Virus record (IMG/VR): IMGVR_UViG_3300037510_000655
Length of the DNA stretch: 64,000 nucleotides
Strand: one strand, 5' to 3'
Source of the DNA: a virus
The notes under the pieces were generated by a model that had not been told where the DNA came from, did no database searches, and saw nothing but the letters and a program-made list of their open reading frames with translations. How positions within the stretch are numbered: the first letter of the stretch is position 1; every line of letters begins with the position of its first letter. Made by a program: the position numbers and the translations under genes. Shown one piece after another: positions 47,949 to 55,130 of the stretch.

Positions 47949-48301
47949 TTCTTGTGGTGCCTCCCGACGACGAAGTGGTAGATGAGCGCGAAGAAACCGA
48001 TGACACCACCGATCGCCACCGCACCCACCACCGCGTCGTGAGCGAGGTGGCTGTTCGTCGGCGACTTGAAGTTCTTCGGTTCGACGACGCTAACATCCGC
48101 GTCGACGTTGTTCGCTTTCAGGCTCTCGACGAGCTTGGCTTTCATCTCGTCGTAGACCTTGGCCTCGACGGTGCCGGGCACGAGAGCGGCAGCCAAGGTA
48201 CCGAGAGCACCCTGCGAGCGCGCCAGCTCCGCTGCGTTGCGCACACGGATGAGGATGGCGCGATTGGTGGCCTGGTCAGCTCCAAACACAGTACGCCGCA
48301 T
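47945..48301 (-). CDS. Small tail-anchored membrane protein
   Basis: TVFG at the N-terminus; C-terminal TM plus RHHKK. Confidence 0.65.
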   Translation of the reverse strand: MRRTVFGADQATNRAILIRVRNAAELARSQGALGTLAAALVPGTVEAKVYDEMKAKLVESLKANNVDADVSVVEPKNFKSPTNSHLAHDAVVGAVAIGGVIGFFALIYHFVVGRHHKK

Positions 48302-49329
48302 CAGATCCCCAGCTCGTAGATGATACGCCCGCCGAGATTGGCCGACGGAATGATGAAGAGCGACACCGCATCCGTCGTCAACGGAAACGGCGCAGTCATT
48401 GGCGCAGCCGCGGTGAAGGTTGTCGTGTACAGCGAGTTCGTGTTGCTGGCGAGCACCGCGACTTCAACCGTGGCCGGCGGCGGATCGTTCACCAAAAACC
48501 GAAAATTCTTGGCAAACGCCGGGATGGCATAGGTGGTAGATACGGTAGAATCCAACACCTGCGTGCAGGTGACCGGTGCCGTACGCACGCACGGATAGAA
48601 CGAGAGCATGGCGCCGAGCTTCATCGTCATGGTGCCAGTAACACCTAGCACACGACGCACACCGACCTGTGCGGTGACATAGCTCGCGTTCACTGTGAGC
48701 TGCATGCCCTTGCCGATATCGATTTCGGCCTGGGCGAGCGCCGCCCGCGTGCCCCACTTCAAAATCATATATGGCGACGCAGCTCCGTTGCCGAACGTTG
48801 CCGCATTTGCGATTTGCTCGACAGGGAACCCGGTAACCGTGACCGGCAACGTCTCCTCGTCCTCGCCGCCCCAGTTCACCGTCTGAATCGGAGCGACGTC
48901 AGTCGAGTTGACGATCTGGTACCCGCCGAGAACACCCTGCATGACCGATGGCGGGTTGATGCGCGCGAACTTTGCAACGTCCGCGAGCCCCTTCCAACCG
49001 TGGTTGCGCAGCTCGACCTTCTGCACGAGCCCGTCGGCGTTGTTGAACTTCTGCGCGATGAAGTCGGCCTGCTCCAGCTTGTCACCCTGAAACACCCGCT
49101 CCTCGCCCTCGATGGCCTCGGCCTCCTGCTCGGCGCCGCGAACGATTTCTTCAGCAGCTTCATCGGTGGCGCGATCGAGCGCCGCGGCCTGCATCAGACG
49201 CTTCTGCTGAATACCGATCGCGCGCAACTTCCGCAGCTCGGCGATGGCCAGCTTGTCGCCCTTGGCGGCGCGCTCCTTCAGCTTCTGCACGAAGGCCAGA
49301 GGACCCGTCTTGGCGCTCACTTGAACCAC
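48301..49329 (-). CDS. Protein with a C-terminal all-beta region (candidate penton / minor jelly-roll capsid protein)
   Basis: Helical N-terminus ending GVLG, then ~200 aa of alternating beta strands (GMQLTVNASYV, YAIPAFAKNF, RIIYELGI). Confidence 0.5.
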   Translation of the reverse strand: MVQVSAKTGPLAFVQKLKERAAKGDKLAIAELRKLRAIGIQQKRLMQAAALDRATDEAAEEIVRGAEQEAEAIEGEERVFQGDKLEQADFIAQKFNNADGLVQKVELRNHGWKGLADVAKFARINPPSVMQGVLGGYQIVNSTDVAPIQTVNWGGEDEETLPVTVTGFPVEQIANAATFGNGAASPYMILKWGTRAALAQAEIDIGKGMQLTVNASYVTAQVGVRRVLGVTGTMTMKLGAMLSFYPCVRTAPVTCTQVLDSTVSTTYAIPAFAKNFRFLVNDPPPATVEVAVLASNTNSLYTTTFTAAAPMTAPFPLTTDAVSLFIIPSANLGGRIIYELGI

Positions 49330-50306
49330 CTCGCGATACGTTCGAACAGCGACGGCTTGTCTGCCGCCACGCGACGATCAACCTCAGCGAGCAGCGGCGC
49401 CGCAACGCGCTGACCGTCGCCCCACTTGGAGGCTGCGCGCAGCATCAGCATCTCCCGCCGCGCCTGCGGGTGCCCTGCGTCGGCCATCTTCTGCACGTGA
49501 ACGAGGGCATTCAATGGTGCCGTACCCTGCGTGCCGGCGCTCACGGCCAGCACCGGGCCGTTACCCATGCCCAGCACCTCGTCACGAGCGTGGTTGCGCC
49601 ACGCCCAGCCGGCGATGTCACGCGCGAGTCGACGACCCGTAGCCGTGTACACCCCGGTCGCGACTGCACCGAGCACGTCTTCAGAGACGGCAGGCATGCG
49701 CGGCCGAGACGCCGCCGTCGCCACTCGCGGCGTACCGTCCGCCGCGGCGAAGCACACGGCCACCACGACGCAGTTGCCGTCGAGCCAGCAACGCACGTTG
49801 CCCTGCGCGTAGTCGGGCAGCCCAAGAGGCACCTCAGGCAGCGCATTCAGCGCCTCGCCGGGCGTGCGTGCCGCCTCGAGAGCCTGCACCCCTAGAATGT
49901 CCGCTCGCGATGCGGCGTGCATCTTACCGCCCTCGTGCGTGTGCGGGTGCGCGAACGGGTCAGCCTCATGCGCTGCGAAAGCCGCTTCCACACGACTCAG
50001 CCTCCGCTCGATCTCTCGAGCTGCTGCGTCGCTGACGAGGTCGGGAAACGACTGCGTGGTATCGACGCGCACCAGTCGCGGCGGGCGTTCAGCGGCCGCG
50101 TACTGACGCAGCGCCTCGGTGAACACAGGGAACGCGCTCTCCGTCGCCGGGTGCAGCTCCTGCGAGGGCGCGTCGTCCCCAGCGAAGAGGTACTCTGCCT
50201 CGTCCGCCGTCATGTTCGCCTCATCACGCGATGCGTAGTCGAACTCGGAGGGATCGCCCGCGCCGCCGACCGGCATACGACCGAAGACGATGTCTTCGTC
50301 ATCCAT
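49317..50306 (-). CDS. Hypothetical putative virion protein
   Basis: IVFG, DILG, DVLG and EVLG motifs; C-terminal amphipathic LFERIARWFK. Confidence 0.6.
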   Translation of the reverse strand: MDDEDIVFGRMPVGGAGDPSEFDYASRDEANMTADEAEYLFAGDDAPSQELHPATESAFPVFTEALRQYAAAERPPRLVRVDTTQSFPDLVSDAAAREIERRLSRVEAAFAAHEADPFAHPHTHEGGKMHAASRADILGVQALEAARTPGEALNALPEVPLGLPDYAQGNVRCWLDGNCVVVAVCFAAADGTPRVATAASRPRMPAVSEDVLGAVATGVYTATGRRLARDIAGWAWRNHARDEVLGMGNGPVLAVSAGTQGTAPLNALVHVQKMADAGHPQARREMLMLRAASKWGDGQRVAAPLLAEVDRRVAADKPSLFERIARWFK

Positions 50307-50917
50307 CAGAACACCTCGTTGACGCGCTCGACCAGCTCGACCGTGCCGGGGAAGCGCTCGCCGTTTGCCCAAATCTCCGCACCCTTCGGACCGCAGCGGT
50401 GGAGCACCGCCAGCATACCCGACAGCGTCAGTTCCTCGGGAGGATCGATCTCACCCGTCTCGATGCGGCGCACGTAGTCGCGCATCGACTGGCAGAACAC
50501 TTGGTACTGCGCCCGCACGCTGCGCAAGAATGCGCGCGGCGTGAGCGGCTCGACGAACTTGCCCACCCAAATCGTGCGTCGCTTGCCGCTCGGCGCCTCA
50601 CGGTAGGCCCGCTGGAGCGTGCTGGCGTCGACGTATCCGAAGTCCGCCAGCCGGCGCGGCGACAGCTCGAACATGCCGAGCGCATTGGAGTCGGACACGG
50701 AGTCGAGCGGCGCCGTCATCATGCGGCGCACGAAATCGGTCCACTTGTCGTCGCTGACGCCCTCGACCTCGCTCACGAGCAGCACCTCGTCGGAGAGATC
50801 GTCGCCGCGGGCCACGTCGGACTCGGCGTAGCCGATGACGTCGCTCTTGACCTCCTCGAGCCGCTCTCGTGCGGCGAGCGCGTCGAGAGCGCGCAGGTAC
50901 TTGTCCGAGACCTTCAA
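50306..50917 (-). CDS. Lysozyme-like fold protein (candidate virion muralytic enzyme)
   Basis: SNALGMF..RLADFG..FL-x-S..Q..F..LTLSGMLAVLHRCGPKG..W resembles lysozyme-like phage domains; YLRALDALA and DVIG in the leader. Confidence 0.55.
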   Translation of the reverse strand: MKVSDKYLRALDALAARERLEEVKSDVIGYAESDVARGDDLSDEVLLVSEVEGVSDDKWTDFVRRMMTAPLDSVSDSNALGMFELSPRRLADFGYVDASTLQRAYREAPSGKRRTIWVGKFVEPLTPRAFLRSVRAQYQVFCQSMRDYVRRIETGEIDPPEELTLSGMLAVLHRCGPKGAEIWANGERFPGTVELVERVNEVF

Positions 50918-51693
50918 CCGAGCCTCCGCATCTGCTTCTTCAGCTCGCGCTCGAACTTGCGCTGCGTACCTCGCGTCGGGATCTGACTGCCGAGCACCGT
51001 CGTGAAGCTCGGAAGACCGTGAACCTTGGTGGCGCGGCGCTCGCGGTTGCGGCGAGTGATCGCGCCGAAGACGTCAGTGGAGGCAGTGAGCCCGCCACCG
51101 AGCACCTTCAGGAACTCGGCGCAGCGCTCCCCGAGCTTGCGCTCCTCCTCGCGGCGGTCTGCGGCGCGCGCTTCGCCACCCATACCGAGCAGTAGCGACG
51201 GATCCTCGGAGCTACCATCGGGCCACAGCACGATGACGTGGTAGGTATAGCCGCCGTCGGGGCGCTGCCTCCACGTGATGTACGGCTTGGCGTCGATGCC
51301 TAACTCGCGCAGCTCCGCGGCGCGCCAGCTGGCAACGTTGTCGCAGTCGCCGCCACCATTCTCGATGATGCGCGGGATCTCCCGGAAGTGCTCGCCACCG
51401 CCGCACATGTCCGAGAGCGCCTTGAAGGCGCGCATGACATCGTCTCCGGCGCCCTTGCTCTTGAGGAACTTGCCGACGGTGTCGATCTCCGGCAACTTCT
51501 CCTTCTCGAACTGCGCCGGCACCTTGTACTTGATGCCCGACTTGTAGATGAGCGGTGTATCGGGATGCTGCTGCAGGTAGAGACGATTGCACCAAACGAG
51601 CGCTTCGAGAAGGCAGAGCACGCGCTTCTGCGAATTGGCGCGGTCAGCCTCGTCGGCGAAGAACTCAACGTCGAAGAGGATGTGTCGGAGCAA
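50914..51693 (-). CDS. Transglutaminase-like (papain-fold) cysteine protease, candidate maturation protease
   Basis: GDCDNVA..AAEL (Cys), YHVIV (His), EDPS (Asp) in the canonical order; C-terminal tail carries KVLG, DVFG, TKVHG and TVLG. Confidence 0.7.
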   Translation of the reverse strand: MLRHILFDVEFFADEADRANSQKRVLCLLEALVWCNRLYLQQHPDTPLIYKSGIKYKVPAQFEKEKLPEIDTVGKFLKSKGAGDDVMRAFKALSDMCGGGEHFREIPRIIENGGGDCDNVASWRAAELRELGIDAKPYITWRQRPDGGYTYHVIVLWPDGSSEDPSLLLGMGGEARAADRREEERKLGERCAEFLKVLGGGLTASTDVFGAITRRNRERRATKVHGLPSFTTVLGSQIPTRGTQRKFERELKKQMRRLG

Positions 51694-51788
51694 CGCTACT
51701 CTCCTTTGTAGAAAAGCCGCGCTCCTCGTTTAACAAGCGAAGAGCGCGGCTTCCCGGACTACCTAACTACTACCGCGTCCGTCCCTAA

Positions 51789-52361
51789 TTACAGGACGGT
51801 GTGGCCGATGATCGAGGCCGACCAGGTCAGCGTCGCCGACGTGGTATTCTGAATCTGCCACGTGATGAACAGTGCGGGATCACACGTATCGAGCATCAGC
51901 TCGTTGTCCAGCACGGTGCCGGCGAAGACCGCCATCGCGATCGGGTTCTGGAAGGTCGGCAGCTGCGACTTCTGCCCGACGAACAGACCCTGGATGAAGA
52001 GGCCGGTCACGTCGCCCGAGTTGACCAGCTTCTCGCCGCGGAAGAGGCACTGCGGCTGAGCCTGCACGGTCACGGTCGACAGCGGCGGAATGGCGGTGGG
52101 GCCGAAGCCCACGACCCACCGGCGCTTCTTGGTCGGCTGGACCTTCTGCACGACGGGCGCGCGACGGGCCAGCTTGTTGGCGAGGGCGGCCTGGAACGTC
52201 GGGCTGCCCTTGATCCGGCTCGAGGCGAGCGCGGCGGCGCCCAGGATCTCCTCGTGCCCCAGGATCTCCTCGTGACCGAGATACTCGGCCATCAGCTCCT
52301 GGTCGCGCGACTGGCCCTGAAGGCCGTGAATGAAGATATCGTCGTCATCACCGTAGCTCAT
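51789..52361 (-). CDS. Candidate single jelly-roll major capsid protein with an acidic propeptide
   Basis: C-terminal ~110 aa splits into 8 alternating beta strands; N-terminal acidic leader with EYLG-HEEILG-HEEILG, then a basic amphipathic helix. Confidence 0.6.
   Translation of the reverse strand: MSYGDDDDIFIHGLQGQSRDQELMAEYLGHEEILGHEEILGAAALASSRIKGSPTFQAALANKLARRAPVVQKVQPTKKRRWVVGFGPTAIPPLSTVTVQAQPQCLFRGEKLVNSGDVTGLFIQGLFVGQKSQLPTFQNPIAMAVFAGTVLDNELMLDTCDPALFITWQIQNTTSATLTWSASIIGHTVL
52241..52274. repeat. In-frame 18-bp-period tandem duplication encoding HEEILG twice
   Basis: CCAGGATCTCCTCGTG at 52241 and 52259. Confidence 0.85.
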
Positions 52362-52423
52362 GTTGCTTTCTCCGTTTCGCGCCTACCCGCAGGTGACGCT
52401 TCGTTTTTGGTTTTCCCCGTCGA

Positions 52424-52912
52424 TCAACCGGCGTTGGCGAGTCGATCGAGCTGCGCGGCCGAGAGGAAGTCCCCGTGGGGGGCCTTCGGAATCTCGCCGA
52501 GGATCGTCGACCCCGGAACCGCCGCCTTGACCTTCGGGATGTCGCCCTTCTTGACCATGACGCGGGCAACGCCGCTGTGCTGCGACCCGCGGCCCGCGCC
52601 GAGGGTGTGGCAGAACGCACCGATGCCGGCCAGGCCGACCATCTTGGTGGCGTGCGACAGACCACCGACGACGCCGCCGACCCCGTACCAGTCCCCGAGA
52701 AACGACAGAGCGGTGAAGCCAATGCCCGCCGCCAGGTCCGCCGGCACGCCCTTGATGTGGGCCTTCTCGCGGTAGCGATTCATCAGGTACCCGTACCCGA
52801 AGGAAGCGCCGCCGAACACAGCCGCATCGACAGCCGTGCGCGAGAGAGCGTGCGTGAACGAACCCTTTCGCCCGAGGGAAAGCTTGTCCAAGTAATTCGC
52901 CATCTCGAACAT
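52424..52912 (-). CDS. Gly-rich multi-TM membrane protein, first gene of the structural operon
   Basis: GGAG RBS; hydrophobic helices; AVFG, HIKG and TILG. Confidence 0.6.
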   Translation of the reverse strand: MFEMANYLDKLSLGRKGSFTHALSRTAVDAAVFGGASFGYGYLMNRYREKAHIKGVPADLAAGIGFTALSFLGDWYGVGGVVGGLSHATKMVGLAGIGAFCHTLGAGRGSQHSGVARVMVKKGDIPKVKAAVPGSTILGEIPKAPHGDFLSAAQLDRLANAG

Positions 52913-53112
52913 CTCCGCTAGTACAGCGCCCTCGCCGATAACCCGTTACCGACAGGCGCCTGGGATCAACGAGACGAAGGTATCCGAGGCAACTAGCGGA
53001 GATCAATGAATTTTTCAGCGCTCATAAAACGCGAAAACGTGCATCCCGATGCATAGCTCCGACGAGAATTCCGTTATGCATGGAAGTTACTGTCGTGCTA
53101 AATTAGCAATCG

Positions 53113-53637
53113 ATGGGACGAAAATTTCTACCTGGTAGGTCTGAACTTCGCATCGAAGTAGGGCTCGAGCACCGCAAGAGACTCGAGCACCACGCCGTGA
53201 GGCTGCGTTTCCCGATGGCGACCATCGCTCTGACGGGAATTCTCGAGCACCTCGACAGACTCGATCAGCAAGAGGCGATCGTGAAGCAGGCCCGTCGCAC
53301 AGCCGAAGGAAAGCGCGGCCCCGACGGTAAACAACTGCAATCGGCGACAGGCATAGGCCCCGTAAAGCGCCTCGAGCACCTCTTTCCAGAGAAGATCGAG
53401 CGCAGCTTTCGCCGCTTCGCTGAATTCATGGATCAGGCAACCAGCGACGCAAACCGCGAGCAACGCGCTCAAGTCGTCGTCGATGAAATCAAGAACCGAG
53501 TCGATCAACCTGAAGTAGCCGACAAAGCCATCGAGGCGTTCAAGACCTTCATGAAAGATCGCGCCGCTTCGAAATCGGGAAACAAGCTGAGCATCGACGA
53601 GACCGTTGTTGTCGCTGGTGACATAGAGGGAACGTAG
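53113..53637 (+). CDS. Hypothetical protein with an RHH-like N-terminus, divergent from the structural operon
   Basis: ELRIEVG..RLEHHAVRLRFPMATIAL; TGCTAAATTAGCA palindrome directly upstream (53096-53108). Confidence 0.55.
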   Translation: MGRKFLPGRSELRIEVGLEHRKRLEHHAVRLRFPMATIALTGILEHLDRLDQQEAIVKQARRTAEGKRGPDGKQLQSATGIGPVKRLEHLFPEKIERSFRRFAEFMDQATSDANREQRAQVVVDEIKNRVDQPEVADKAIEAFKTFMKDRAASKSGNKLSIDETVVVAGDIEGT

Positions 53638-53663
53638 TACACTCGCCAGCAGGAGGTACATCC

Positions 53664-53873
53664 ATGGCAACTCCCGCTGGCAAACTCGTCCCTGTCCCGC
53701 CCGTCAAGGTGCAGCCCAACGTATCCACCGAGCACGTGCACAGCCCCGTGATGCCGGCCGGTGGTCACGTGCAGCCGGCCAACACCGTCGTCAAAGTGCA
53801 GCCGAACGTGATCTCGAAGCCTGCCGAGCCCTCGCACGTCGCAGCCACCAAACGCCTGTTCGGCATCTACTGA
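53664..53873 (+). CDS. Small Pro/Val-rich protein with an internal repeat
   Basis: GGAGG RBS; VKVQPNV occurs twice. Confidence 0.55.
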   Translation: MATPAGKLVPVPPVKVQPNVSTEHVHSPVMPAGGHVQPANTVVKVQPNVISKPAEPSHVAATKRLFGIY

Positions 53874-53906
53874 GCACCCGACCGTTTCGTGATAGCGTAG
53901 TCGTCG

Positions 53907-54323
53907 ATGGCTGACGACAAGACGCTGGAGCGCATTGCAAAGCTACTCCGGCTAGCAGCACCTTCATCCGGCACGAGCGAGCACGAGCGAGCCTCAGCAG
54001 CCTTGGAGGCGGCGCGACTCATCGAGCAGCACAACCTCGTCGTGCAAGACGCTCCTCCCCCTCGCAAAGAACGTCGCAAGCGTCGGGATGAACCTCGTCG
54101 AGAAGAGCCCCGAAACAGCGGATGGAGCGGTTCCTTCTACGAGCCGCCAAGACAGCAGCAGCAACGACCACAGGGTGACTGGACCATTTCTGTCGCGTCC
54201 GCAGACGCCATGTGCGCTGACAACGAGTGCGCGGAAATGATCCACCGAGGTGAGCGCGTGTGGCGACGCATGAACGGCTTCACCGTCGAGTACATTCACT
54301 TCCAGGGACCGTGCGGCTGGTGA
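53907..54323 (+). CDS. DUF2786-like protein with a C-terminal Cys/His cluster
   Basis: ERIAKLLRLA..SEHERASA..AARLIEQHNL. Confidence 0.6.
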   Translation: MADDKTLERIAKLLRLAAPSSGTSEHERASAALEAARLIEQHNLVVQDAPPPRKERRKRRDEPRREEPRNSGWSGSFYEPPRQQQQRPQGDWTISVASADAMCADNECAEMIHRGERVWRRMNGFTVEYIHFQGPCGW

Positions 54324-54390
54324 TGCATCGATGCATCCGTGTACATCGCTTGCATCGATGCATCGATGCATGTTATGCATGATGTACATC
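54322..54390. repeat. Cluster of overlapping palindromes (GATGCATC)n and GATGTACATC
   Basis: Perfect 16-bp palindrome at 54322-54337 and 20-bp palindrome at 54351-54370, directly upstream of a GGAGG RBS. Confidence 0.8.
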
Positions 54391-54403
54391 GGAGGTACAC
54401 ACC

Positions 54404-54889
54404 ATGGCTCGTCGCGGAAGCAAGAAGGGTCACAAGAAGGGGCACAAGAAGGGCTACAGCAAGAAGCGCCGTGCCGCCGCCGCCCGCAAGGCGTGGCGCA
54501 AGCGCAAGGCGAAGTACGGCAAGGCCGGTCGCAAGCGCGGTCGTCGCGGTGGCAAGAAGAAGGGCACCAAGAAGGGTGGGCGCCGCGGCAGCAAGAAGAA
54601 GGGCGGCAAGAAGAGCAGTCATCGCCGAGGTGGGCACCACAAGTCGCACGCTCACAAGGCGCGCAAGGGCCGCCGAGGCGCTCGTCGCCGCAGTGCGCGG
54701 CGTGAGATGATGGGTGGCTTCCGCGTCTCGCGCGGCTACGCCAAGCAACTCGCGAGGAAGCGCCGGGGCTTCGCCGCCCGCGCCGCGCGCGACGCCGCTC
54801 TCTCCGAGCACCGCAGCGCGTACCGCAACGAGCTGCTCGCGCGTCTCGCCGCCAGAAAAGAAGCCGCCGACGCCGCGAGGTTCTCGTAA
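54404..54889 (+). CDS. Protamine/histone-H1-like K/R-rich DNA-condensing protein
   Basis: Strong RBS; roughly half of the residues are K/R; repeats KKGHKKGHKKG and KKGG. Confidence 0.7.
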   Translation: MARRGSKKGHKKGHKKGYSKKRRAAAARKAWRKRKAKYGKAGRKRGRRGGKKKGTKKGGRRGSKKKGGKKSSHRRGGHHKSHAHKARKGRRGARRRSARREMMGGFRVSRGYAKQLARKRRGFAARAARDAALSEHRSAYRNELLARLAARKEAADAARFS

Positions 54890-55110
54890 TGGCTCGCCGG
54901 GGTAAGCGCGGCAACGCCCGCAATCTCGTCCGCATGCCGATGGCGAAGTGCAAGAAGTGCCGCCGCATGATCTTCGGCGGCCCCAAGGGCATGGCCACGC
55001 ACAAGCGCAATTCCTGCGGCAAAGGCAAGAAAGTGCGTAGAAATAAGAAGCGCCGACTTGCTGCCTTAGCTCAACTCAAAGCGCGCCGCTACGGAGCTGT
55101 TCGCCGTTAG
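54889..55110 (+). CDS. Basic protein with a C2HC Zn finger
   Basis: CKKC..HKRNSC; R/K-rich; TAATG overlap. Confidence 0.6.
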   Translation: MARRGKRGNARNLVRMPMAKCKKCRRMIFGGPKGMATHKRNSCGKGKKVRRNKKRRLAALAQLKARRYGAVRR

Positions 55111-55130
55111 CTCGCCGGACGCCGCAGAAA

